Source of the DNA: Actinomycetota bacterium
GTDB taxonomy: Bacteria > Actinomycetota > Thermoleophilia > Gaiellales > Gaiellaceae
Length of the DNA: 64,000 nt
Assembly: GCA_046729255.1 (NCBI GenBank)
Contig: JBKPGF010000021.1
Coordinates: forward strand, 39,064 to 103,063
Reading direction: 5' to 3'
Below, in pieces: positions 16,999 through 25,049 of this stretch; position 1 is the stretch's first letter, and each line of letters opens with the position of its first letter. The position numbers and the translations under genes are program-made. Below the pieces are notes generated by a model. It saw only the letters and a program-made list of their open reading frames with translations. It did no database searches and was not told the DNA's origin.

Positions 16999-17691
16999 TC
17001 AAAGCGCCTTACGCGTCACCCAGACGAACTCCCGGCTCTCGTCGTCGAAGGGCCGCCGGTCGAACCAGCCGTAGAGCGCCTCGATGTCGAGGCCGGAGGA
17101 GTCGATCAAGCCCTCCCATTCGGACTTCGTCGCCCACCAGAGCGAGATCTGACCGCCCGCATCGAGCGTGACGTCGATGCGGTTGTCGCCGGGCGCGTAG
17201 CGGAGCGTGTGCGGGACCGGCTCCTGCTGGTGCTCGCCGTCGAGTCTTGCCGCGATCGCATGGTCGAAGCAGAAGACGTTCCACGCAAAGCGGCCGCCGG
17301 GTGCGAGGCTCGCTGCGACCCGCTCGAACACCTGGCGCTTGTCGTGCCACGTCGGCAGGTGCAGGAGCCCTCGGAACGGGCAATAGACGAGCGCGGCGGG
17401 GTCGTCGAGAACGAAGTCGCGCATGTCCTCCTCGCGGACGACCAGGTCGGCTCCCGCCTGCTCCGCTCGGACGCGTGCCTGGGCGAGCATGGCCGGCGAC
17501 GTGTCGATGCCGATCACTCGCCGGCCCGTCTCGAGCGCGACGGGAATGGCGACTCGGCCGTTGCCGACCGCGAGCTCCACGATCGGGCCGTCGGCCTCTT
17601 TTGCCAGCTCGACGTAGAACGGCACGTCCTCAGTCATGTCGGCCGCCCACACGTCGTAGTTCGCGGCGAAGGGGTCGTAGAAAGGGGCCAC
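16999..17691 (-). CDS. class I SAM-dependent methyltransferase (MT2), paralogue of MT1
   Basis: Only the C-terminal 230 codons of the 548-aa track ORF look real (GTG 17691: VAPFYDPFAANYDVW..IVELAVGNGRVAIP..IGIDTSPAML..YGWFDRRPF). The upstream part of that ORF is antisense to pheS. Confidence 0.75.
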   Translation of the reverse strand: MAPFYDPFAANYDVWAADMTEDVPFYVELAKEADGPIVELAVGNGRVAIPVALETGRRVIGIDTSPAMLAQARVRAEQAGADLVVREEDMRDFVLDDPAALVYCPFRGLLHLPTWHDKRQVFERVAASLAPGGRFAWNVFCFDHAIAARLDGEHQQEPVPHTLRYAPGDNRIDVTLDAGGQISLWWATKSEWEGLIDSSGLDIEALYGWFDRRPFDDESREFVWVTRKAL

Positions 17692-17703
17692 GAGGGCCGA
17701 TGG

Positions 17704-17709
17704 TACAGT
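17704..17709 (+). promoter_or_regulatory. -10-like TACAGT, 6 nt before the pheS ATG (leaderless signature)
   Basis: TACAGT-cggcgg-ATG(17716). No SD. Confidence 0.45.
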
Positions 17710-17715
17710 CGGCGG

Positions 17716-18705
17716 ATGGACGCCCAGGCGCTGGAAACCGCCGCGCTGAGCGCCATCGAGCAGGCCGAATCGGTCGACGCGCTCGAGGAGGCCCGAGTCC
17801 GCTATCTCGGCCGCAAGAGCGAGTTGAAGCTCGCGCTGCGGGAGGTGCGAGACCGCGAGACCGGCATGACGCTCAATGCTGCGCGCGAGCGCGTCGAGGC
17901 CGCCGTCGAGGAACGCCGTGCCGTGCTCCAGCGCGCCAGCCGGCTGGTGGAGACGGAGAGCATCGACGTGACGCTGCCCGGGGACCGCCCGCAGCTCGGG
18001 CACCTTCACCCTCTGACGCAGATCATTCGCGAGGCCGAGGACATCTTCCTCGGGCTCGGCTACGAGATCGTCGACAGCCGTGAGGTGGAGACGGTCTGGC
18101 ACAACTTCGACGCTCTCAACCAGCCGCTCACACACCCGTCGAGATCGCCCCGGGACACGTTCTACCTCGACGACAACACGCTGTTGCGGGCGCACACGTC
18201 GACTGGCCAGATCCGCGTCATGGAGACCCGCGAGCCGCCGATCTATATCGCCGTCCCCGGCCGCACGTACCGTCGCGACACGCCGAGCCCGAAGAACACC
18301 CCGGTGTTCCACCAGGTGGAAGCGCTGGCAGTCGACCGCAACATCACGCTCGCCGATCTCAAGGGCACCCTCCTCCACTTCGTCAGGGAGATGTTCGGCG
18401 AGGACCGCGAGGTACGGATGCGGACGAACTTCTTCCCTTTCACCGAGCCCTCGGTCGAGTTCGACGCGACCTGCTTCCTCTGCGCGGGACGCGGCTGCGC
18501 GTTCTGCAAGTACACGGGATGGTTCGAGATGGGCGGCGCCGGTGTCGTCGACCCGGCGGTCTTCGAGAACGTCGGCTACGACCCCGACGAGTGGAGCGGG
18601 TTCGCGTGGGGACTCGGGCTCGACCGCATCGCGGCGCAGCGGCATGGCATCCCCGACATCCGCATGTTCTGGGAGAACGACCTTCGGGTGCTGAGGCAGT
18701 TGTGA
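17716..18705 (+). CDS. pheS: phenylalanine--tRNA ligase alpha subunit
   Basis: 329 aa. HPLTQ, RAHTSTGQIR, PGRTYRRD, FHQVEAL and GWFEMGGAGVVDP motifs. Confidence 0.95.
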   Translation: MDAQALETAALSAIEQAESVDALEEARVRYLGRKSELKLALREVRDRETGMTLNAARERVEAAVEERRAVLQRASRLVETESIDVTLPGDRPQLGHLHPLTQIIREAEDIFLGLGYEIVDSREVETVWHNFDALNQPLTHPSRSPRDTFYLDDNTLLRAHTSTGQIRVMETREPPIYIAVPGRTYRRDTPSPKNTPVFHQVEALAVDRNITLADLKGTLLHFVREMFGEDREVRMRTNFFPFTEPSVEFDATCFLCAGRGCAFCKYTGWFEMGGAGVVDPAVFENVGYDPDEWSGFAWGLGLDRIAAQRHGIPDIRMFWENDLRVLRQL

Positions 18706-20990
18706 AGGTGCCGCTCTCCTGGCTCCGCGAGTACGTCGACGTCGACGTGCCTGCGACCGAGCTCGCCCAGAGGCTGCTTTTCGCGAGCTGCGAGGTGGAG
18801 GCCATCGAGACGCGCGGCGTCGCCGACACCGACGGCAACCTTGCGCTCTACCGCGTGGGTCGCGTGCTCGAGGCGGGCAAGCACCCGAACGCCGACCGGC
18901 TCCAGCTCTGCGTCGTCGACGTGGGGGAGGGGGAGCCGCGCCAGATCGTCTGCGGTGCGTGGAACTTCTCGGCCGGCGCCACCGTCGCCGTCGCGCTGCC
19001 CGGCGCCGTACTGCCGGACGGGCGCACGCTCGAGCGGGCGAAGCTCCGCGGCTCCGTGTCCGACGGGATGATCCTCTCCGAGCAGGAGCTCGAGCTCGGC
19101 GACGATCATGCGGACATCATCGTGCTGCCCGACCGGTGGGAGCCCGGCACCCCGCTTGCCGACGCGCTCCCCCTCACGGACGTCGTGCTCGAGCTCGAGA
19201 CGACGCACAACCGGCCTGACCTCCTCGGCGTGTACGGCATCGCCCGCGAGGTGGCGGCGATCTTCGATCTCGAGCTAGCGCCACCGCCGGGCGTCGATCC
19301 GGAGCGTGCCGGCGACGAGCCCGTGGTGATCGAGGTCGACGACCTCGAAGGCTGTCCGCGCTACATCGGTCGACTGTTCAGAGACGTCACGGTCGCGCCA
19401 TCGCCGCCCTGGCTCAAGGCCCGCCTCGTCGCCGCCGGGATGCGGCCGATCTCGAACGTCGTCGACGTAACGAACTACGTCATGCTCGCGCTCGGCAGCC
19501 CACTGCACGCGTTCGACTTCGACACGCTCGCCGGCGGGCGCATCGGCGTCCGGCGCGCGAAAAAGGGTGAGCGCCTGCGCACCCTCGACGGGCAGGATCG
19601 CGCCCTCGAGCCCGAGGACCTCCTGATCACGGACGGCGAACGGCCAATCGCGATCGCCGGGGTCATGGGCGGCGAGGAGACGGAGGTGACCGAGCCGACG
19701 ACGTCCCTCCTCCTGGAGGCGGCGAACTTCGAGCCTGTGGGCATCATGCGCTCGTCCGAGCGGCTGCGCCTGCGGTCGGAGGCGTCGAACCGCTGGGAGA
19801 AGGGCGTTGATCCCGAGGCGGCGCTCCAGGCCGCGCAGCTCACGACCGAGCTTCTCGTTGAGCTGTCGGGGGCGCACTGGACGGGTCATGCCGACGTTCG
19901 CGCCGAGCCACGGCCCAGGCCGTCGATCGCCTATCGCCCGCAGCGCGCGGAGGAGGTGACGGGACTAGGGGTCGACGAGGCCGAGCAGCGCCGCCGTCTG
20001 CAGCGGCTCGGATTCGAGGTCGGCGACGACTGGACGGTCGTCGTCCCCACCTGGCGTGCGAACGACGTCACCCGCGAGGTCGACGTCGTCGAGGAGGTGG
20101 CGCGGTTCGACCTCGAGCGCGTGCCGGCCACGCTGCCCGTTCGCGGCGAGCTCCGCGGGCGGCTCACGAACGCTCAACGCATCCGCCGGCGCATCCAGGA
20201 CACGCTCGCGGGCTTCGGCTTCGCCGAGGCCTACACGTGGAGCTTGCTGCCCGAGGATCCGGTGCCGGGCGCGATCCGGCTGCCGGAGCCGTTGTCGAGC
20301 GAGCAGGCCGTGCTGCGTACGGCGCTCGCGGACGGCCTCGTCACTGCGGCCGCCCGCAACGTCGACGCGGGCAACGAGGGCATCGCGCTGTTCGAGCTCG
20401 CCCACGTCTATCTCCCGACCGGCGGCGAGCTGCCCGAAGAGCGCTGGCACGTCGCGGGCATCGTGGAGGGAGGCTTTGCGAGGGCGAAGGGCGTCGTCGA
20501 GCGACTGTACGAGGCGCTGCACGTGGGCACGTCGTTCGAGCGATCGGCGTACCTCCGCTTCCCGGGCCCTGGAGCGACGACGCCGGAAGGCTGGGTGCTC
20601 CAGCTTGCCGACGAGCGTCTGCCCGGGGAGTGGGGCCTCTTCGAGCTCGACGTCGACGCGCTCGTCGAGCGCGTCCCTGACGTCGTCACGTACGAGGATG
20701 TGATCACGTACCCCGCCGTCAAGCAGGATCTCGCCTTCGCGGTGGCCGAGTCGGTGACGGCTGCCGAGCTCGTCGTCGCCGCCCGTGCAGCCGCAGGCCC
20801 GGAGCTTCGCGAGATGGAGGCGTTCGACGTGTACCGGGGCGAGCAAGCGGGCGAGGGCCGCAAGTCGATCGCCTTCCGTGTCTCGTTCCAGTCGGCAGAG
20901 CGGACGCTCGCCGACGAGGACGCTGCCGAGTTGCGCGAGCGGATCGTGTCCGCTCTCGCCGCGCAGTTCGACGCCGAACTACGAGCGTAA
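18702..20990 (+). CDS. pheT: phenylalanine--tRNA ligase beta subunit
   Basis: GTG 18702 overlaps the pheS stop (GTGA). VKVPLSWLREYVDV N-terminus, tRNA-binding OB domain, B3/4 and B5 domains, and a FDX-ACB C-terminus. Confidence 0.95.
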   Translation: MKVPLSWLREYVDVDVPATELAQRLLFASCEVEAIETRGVADTDGNLALYRVGRVLEAGKHPNADRLQLCVVDVGEGEPRQIVCGAWNFSAGATVAVALPGAVLPDGRTLERAKLRGSVSDGMILSEQELELGDDHADIIVLPDRWEPGTPLADALPLTDVVLELETTHNRPDLLGVYGIAREVAAIFDLELAPPPGVDPERAGDEPVVIEVDDLEGCPRYIGRLFRDVTVAPSPPWLKARLVAAGMRPISNVVDVTNYVMLALGSPLHAFDFDTLAGGRIGVRRAKKGERLRTLDGQDRALEPEDLLITDGERPIAIAGVMGGEETEVTEPTTSLLLEAANFEPVGIMRSSERLRLRSEASNRWEKGVDPEAALQAAQLTTELLVELSGAHWTGHADVRAEPRPRPSIAYRPQRAEEVTGLGVDEAEQRRRLQRLGFEVGDDWTVVVPTWRANDVTREVDVVEEVARFDLERVPATLPVRGELRGRLTNAQRIRRRIQDTLAGFGFAEAYTWSLLPEDPVPGAIRLPEPLSSEQAVLRTALADGLVTAAARNVDAGNEGIALFELAHVYLPTGGELPEERWHVAGIVEGGFARAKGVVERLYEALHVGTSFERSAYLRFPGPGATTPEGWVLQLADERLPGEWGLFELDVDALVERVPDVVTYEDVITYPAVKQDLAFAVAESVTAAELVVAARAAAGPELREMEAFDVYRGEQAGEGRKSIAFRVSFQSAERTLADEDAAELRERIVSALAAQFDAELRA

Positions 20991-21011
20991 ATCCGCGTTC
21001 GCGACAGCTGC

Positions 21012-21677
21012 GTGGGGACCACCGTGAGGGTGTACAAGGCGACCGCACTCGCCGGGCTCACCGCTGCCGCGATCTTCATTCCCGGCGCAGCGGCGAGGCA
21101 CACGATGAACGGAACGGTCGGGCCGGACTTCACGATCTCGCTGACCGGGACGGCCGGCCTCGTGCCCGGGGAGCAGCACACGATCGTCGTTGACGACCGC
21201 GGAGACCTCCACAACTTTCATCTTCTCGGCACGTCGGTCGTGACGGGTGTCGAGACGACAGGGACGTCGACCTTCACGGTGACCCTGGCGGAGGGACGCT
21301 ACACGTACCAGTGCGACGTCCACTCAGCTTCCATGCGGGGGGCATTCACGGTCAGCACGCCGCCACCGCCTCCCACCGCGAAGCCGGTGAGGCTGTCCGG
21401 CTCGGTCGGGCCGGGAACGAAGATCGACCTCAGGCGAGCGGGGAAACGGGTGACGTCGCTGGCTGCCGGCCTCTACCTGTTCGTCGTCGCCGACCGGTCG
21501 GCGCTCGACAACTTCCACGTCACCGGGCCAGGCGTCAACCGGAAGACCGGCGTCGCCGCGAAGGTGACCGCGCGCTGGACGCTGCGGCTCAAGAAAGGGA
21601 AGTACACGTACCGCTCGGACGCACACGCGAAGCTCCGCCGGAGCTTCAGCGTCAAGCCGCCCGAGGTCAGGCGCTAG
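21012..21677 (+). CDS. secreted tandem cupredoxin-like protein (one intact, one degenerate type-1 Cu site)
   Basis: 221 aa with a signal peptide. Repeat 1: HNFHL...GRYTYQCDVHSASMRGAFTV (His..Cys-x2-His-x3-Met). Repeat 2: DNFHV...GKYTYRSDAHAKLRRSFSV (Cys to Ser, Met to Leu). A Pro-rich linker joins them. Start could also be GTG 21024 or 21030. Confidence 0.6.
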   Translation: MGTTVRVYKATALAGLTAAAIFIPGAAARHTMNGTVGPDFTISLTGTAGLVPGEQHTIVVDDRGDLHNFHLLGTSVVTGVETTGTSTFTVTLAEGRYTYQCDVHSASMRGAFTVSTPPPPPTAKPVRLSGSVGPGTKIDLRRAGKRVTSLAAGLYLFVVADRSALDNFHVTGPGVNRKTGVAAKVTARWTLRLKKGKYTYRSDAHAKLRRSFSVKPPEVRR

Positions 21678-21844
21678 TCAGGAGTGTCGAGCGAAACGGT
21701 GACTGTGCCGCTGGAACGCACTGGATCGTCGTCCTGCGGCGTCCTCGGCCGCCCACGTACGTCGTTCAGTACGCGGGCTCCCTGCGACCTTGCAGTACGA
21801 CGACCAGCGCGCCCCAGCGACGAGCACCGTTCCGCCAAACCCTC

Positions 21845-22042
21845 CTAGCGGAGCCACCAGAGGATCCTGAGCGCCGTACGCGCGGTCTTCGAGCGCGTGA
21901 CGATCGCGAGCACGAGCGCCGTGCCGATCGCGTACGGGAGCACGCTGGCGACGTCCCGGCGCAGCGCCTTGATCTCGCCGACGAGCGCCGCGCGCTCGGC
22001 CGCGATCTCTCCACGAACCTGCTCGGTCGTCCGCTCAGGCAT
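21845..22042 (-). CDS. small tail-anchored membrane protein, DUF3618-like
   Basis: 65 aa. Coiled N-terminus TTEQVRGEIAAERAALVGEIKALRRD, then one TM helix. Overlaps the upstream gene by 8 nt. Confidence 0.55.
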   Translation of the reverse strand: MPERTTEQVRGEIAAERAALVGEIKALRRDVASVLPYAIGTALVLAIVTRSKTARTALRILWWLR

Positions 22043-22406
22043 CCCGCAGCTCCCGGGCGGTCGTCTGGGCCTCCTCCACCGTCTCCACGGGCCGTATCGG
22101 CCCGGCTCGACGAGCGATCCGGGCGGCCGCGAGCAGGAGCACCGCGGCCGTCAGGAGGAGCAAGAACGCGACGATGAGCAGCGACGCCCAGAGCGGGACG
22201 ACTTCCGTGAGGCCCGCGGCGACGGCCGCGAACACGAAGCCGATCGCGTAGAGGATCACGACGAGGGCGATGACCCCGAGCGCCGCGGCGAAGCCGATCG
22301 CCTTCGCCTTGCGCTTGAACTCGAGCGTCGCCAGCTCGAGTTGCAGGCGCGCGAGCGCGAGGGCTCGCGCCTTGATCTGCTGAGCGTGCTCGACGATGCC
22401 CAGCAT
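22035..22406 (-). CDS. Holin-X-like (phage holin family, PF07332-like) membrane protein
   Basis: 123 aa from the ATG at 22406. An amphipathic N-terminus is followed by two long hydrophobic helices (IGFAAALGVIALVVILYAIGFVFAAVA, PLWASLLIVAFLLLLTAAVLLLAA). ATGA overlap with the upstream gene. Confidence 0.6.
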   Translation of the reverse strand: MLGIVEHAQQIKARALALARLQLELATLEFKRKAKAIGFAAALGVIALVVILYAIGFVFAAVAAGLTEVVPLWASLLIVAFLLLLTAAVLLLAAARIARRAGPIRPVETVEEAQTTARELRDA

Positions 22407-23089
22407 CAGACGGCCCTGTCGGAGACGACGAAGGTCGGACCCTGGGTCAGTACAGGCTGGGTGTCCGAGAGGAGCTCGAGGAGCGAGAGGGTGCCGCCGA
22501 TGCCTTGCTCGTCGAGCCGCTCGAGGCAGCGACGCGTCATCCCCGGCGCAGCCCCATAGCCGTAGTGGTGCGCAACGCGGAAGCGAAAGCCGAGAGCCCT
22601 GTCGTGACGTGACGGGTTGAGTGGCGCGAGCGCGAGGGCCGCCGGAGCGAGGTCGTCGCTCGAGCGCAGCTCGAGCAGGCAGAGCAGATCCGTCCAGTCG
22701 TCGGGCAGGCCCGCGGCGAGCTCGTCCCACGCTGCTGCGAGCGAGGCGGCGGCCGCGGCGGGTGCGCCATGGGCTACCTCGGCTGCCGCCGACGAGGAAC
22801 GCTCGACATCCTGCTCACCTACGAGCTCGAGCGTGCCGCGCATCCCCGCAGCGTCGAGCCGTCCCAGGAGTCGCCGCAAGGTGCTCGGGCCGGCCTCGCC
22901 TCCGGAGGTCACGCGCAGGTGCAGCGCATCGCCGGCGAGGCCCGGGCTCAGCGCGCCGAGCAGGGCCGCGGCGCGCGACACGTCCTCGGGACGAGCCAGG
23001 CGAAGCCGCACGTCGACCTCCCTCCAGTCCGTGGAAAGTTGGGCAACCATGACGTCCCACTGCGCAACTAGCCCCACGGTCGGCAGCAT
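22406..23089 (-). CDS. hypothetical soluble protein with internal duplication (two ~85-aa repeats)
   Basis: 227 aa. Residues 11-90 and 121-206 align (WDVMVAQLSTDW..LHLRV..GPSTLRRLLGRLDAAGMRGTLELV versus WDELAAGLPDDW..FRFRV..APGMTRRCLERLDEQGIGGTLSLL). No family recognised. Confidence 0.6.
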   Translation of the reverse strand: MLPTVGLVAQWDVMVAQLSTDWREVDVRLRLARPEDVSRAAALLGALSPGLAGDALHLRVTSGGEAGPSTLRRLLGRLDAAGMRGTLELVGEQDVERSSSAAAEVAHGAPAAAAASLAAAWDELAAGLPDDWTDLLCLLELRSSDDLAPAALALAPLNPSRHDRALGFRFRVAHHYGYGAAPGMTRRCLERLDEQGIGGTLSLLELLSDTQPVLTQGPTFVVSDRAV

Positions 23090-23094
23090 AAACT
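23089..23094 (+). promoter_or_regulatory. -10-like TAAACT, 7 nt before the E1-alpha GTG (leaderless signature)
   Basis: TAAACT-caggccc-GTG(23102). Confidence 0.4.
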
Positions 23095-23101
23095 CAGGCC
23101 C

Positions 23102-24079
23102 GTGGCCGAGGCTCGAGCAGCCAGGAAGCGCGGGCTCTCGCAGGAGCGCTTGCGGGAGCTCTATCGCGAGATGCTCCTCATCCGGCGCTTCGAGGAGAAG
23201 GTCGAGGAGCAGTTCCGAGCCGGCGAGCTGCCCGGGTTCCTACACGTCGCCATCGGCCAAGAGGCCGTCGCCGTCGGCGTGTCGAGCGCGATGGCCGAGG
23301 GAGACGTCTTCGCGTCCACCCACCGGGCGCACGGGCACGCTCTCGCGCGCGGCTCCCACCCGGACGCGGTCATGGCCGAGCTGTACGGCAAGGTGGAGGG
23401 CGTCTCGCGCGGTTACGGGGGCTCCATGCACCTCTACGACGTCGAGCGCGGCAACCTCGGCGCGAACGCCGTCGTGGGCGGCGGGCTGCCGATGATCGCC
23501 GGCGCGGCACTGGCGTTCAAGATGCGGGGCGAGCCGCGCGTCGCCGTCGCGTACTTCGGCGACGGGGCGACGAACATCGGGACCTTCCACGAGGCGCTCA
23601 ACCTCGCGCAGCTGTGGGAGGTGCCGGCGGTCTTCGTCTGCGAGAACAACCACTACGCCGAATCGACGCCGACGCACCAGCAACTGCCGATCACCGATCT
23701 CACGAAGCGGGCGGTCGCCTTCGGGATGCGCTCGATGACTGTCGACGGACAGGACGTCGAGGCCGTGCATGCGACGGCGACGAGGGCGCTCGCACACGCT
23801 CGCAAGGGCAAAGGGCCCGTCTTCCTGCTCGCGGAGACCTACCGCCTCGTCGGTCATTACGTCGGCGACCCGCAGGTCTACCGGCCGAAGGAGGAAGTAC
23901 AGGAGCTCCGGGAGACGCAGGACCCCCTCGAGAAGCTGCGGCCGCAGCTAGGCCTCCCCGACGACGAGCTGGAAGCGATCGACGCCGAGGTCGTTCGCAT
24001 GGTCGAAGGCTCCGTCGAGTTCGCCCGCAATGCCACCGAGCACAAGCCCGAAGACGCGTTGGACAACATCTATGCCTGA
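23102..24079 (+). CDS. 2-oxo-acid (pyruvate/branched-chain/acetoin) dehydrogenase E1 component alpha subunit
   Basis: 325 aa. TPP-binding motif YFGDGATNIGTFHEALNLAQLWEVPAVFVCENNHYA. Confidence 0.9.
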   Translation: MAEARAARKRGLSQERLRELYREMLLIRRFEEKVEEQFRAGELPGFLHVAIGQEAVAVGVSSAMAEGDVFASTHRAHGHALARGSHPDAVMAELYGKVEGVSRGYGGSMHLYDVERGNLGANAVVGGGLPMIAGAALAFKMRGEPRVAVAYFGDGATNIGTFHEALNLAQLWEVPAVFVCENNHYAESTPTHQQLPITDLTKRAVAFGMRSMTVDGQDVEAVHATATRALAHARKGKGPVFLLAETYRLVGHYVGDPQVYRPKEEVQELRETQDPLEKLRPQLGLPDDELEAIDAEVVRMVEGSVEFARNATEHKPEDALDNIYA

Positions 24080-25049
24080 GCTGTCGTATAGGGAAGCCGT
24101 GCGCGACGCGATGTCGCAGGCGATGCGCCGCGACGACGACATCTTCATCATGGGCGAGGACATCGCCGAGATGGGCGGCTCGATGGGCGTCACGCAGGGC
24201 ATGCTTGCCGAGTTCGGCGCCGAGCGGGTGCGCAACACCCCCATCTCGGAGATGGCACTCGTCGGCGCGGGCATGGGCGCGGCGATCATGGGGATGCGCC
24301 CGATCGTGGAGGTCATGTACGAGGACTTTCTCACCCTCGCGATGGAGCAGCTCGTCAACCAGGCGGCAAAGCACCGTTACATGTCGGGCGGCCAGGTGAA
24401 GGTGCCGCTGACGGTGAGGACGCAGGGCGGTGCCGGATGGTCGCCCGGCGCCCAGCACGCGCAGCAGGTCGAGGCGTGGTTCTGCCACGTTCCCGGCCTC
24501 AAGGTCGTCTTCGCGTCGACGGCTGCTGACGTCCGCGGGCTGCTCTGGTCGGCGATCTACGAGGACAACCCGGTCGTGTTCTTCGAGCACCGGACGCTCT
24601 ACCCGCTCAAAGAACACGTGCCGGAGGAGCTGGAGCCGATCCCGCTCGGCCAGGCGCGCGTCCACCGCGAGGGAGACGACGTGACGGTGGTCGCCATCGG
24701 CCGGCTCGTGCACGAGGCGCTGAAGGCTGCGGAGGAGGCCGAGTCGGAGGGGATCTCGGTCGAGGTCATCGACCCGCGGACGCTTCAGCCGCTCGACGAG
24801 GAAGCGATCGTCGGCTCGGTGAAGAAGACGAACCGCTGCGTCGTTGCCCACGAGGCGATCACGCGCAGCGGATTTGGCGCCGAGATCGCAGCCGTCGTGC
24901 AGCAGCAGGCGTTCGACTGGCTCGACGCCCCCGTCGAGCGCGTCGGGGCGAAGTTCGCGCCGCTGCCGTTCGCGCCCGTAATGGAGCAGTACGTCGTGCC
25001 GCACGCGGAGGACGTGCTGGAAGCGATCAAGCGCACCGTCGGCAAGTGA
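24072..25049 (+). CDS. 2-oxo-acid dehydrogenase E1 component beta subunit
   Basis: ATG 24072 gives an 8-nt overlap with E1-alpha. MPELSYREAVRDAMSQAMRRDDDIFIMGEDI; transketolase-like Pyr and C-terminal domains. Confidence 0.9.
   Translation: MPELSYREAVRDAMSQAMRRDDDIFIMGEDIAEMGGSMGVTQGMLAEFGAERVRNTPISEMALVGAGMGAAIMGMRPIVEVMYEDFLTLAMEQLVNQAAKHRYMSGGQVKVPLTVRTQGGAGWSPGAQHAQQVEAWFCHVPGLKVVFASTAADVRGLLWSAIYEDNPVVFFEHRTLYPLKEHVPEELEPIPLGQARVHREGDDVTVVAIGRLVHEALKAAEEAESEGISVEVIDPRTLQPLDEEAIVGSVKKTNRCVVAHEAITRSGFGAEIAAVVQQQAFDWLDAPVERVGAKFAPLPFAPVMEQYVVPHAEDVLEAIKRTVGK

Noticed and set aside
21678-21844. 167-nt convergent spacer between the cupredoxin gene and the DUF3618-like gene. It has partial long-range complementarity (about 21722-21736 with 21790-21804) and an inner imperfect hairpin. 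I considered it as an sRNA or a bidirectional terminator.
   Set aside because: All stems need mismatches or bulges, there is no U-tract, and there is no promoter-like element. The evidence is too weak to call a feature.
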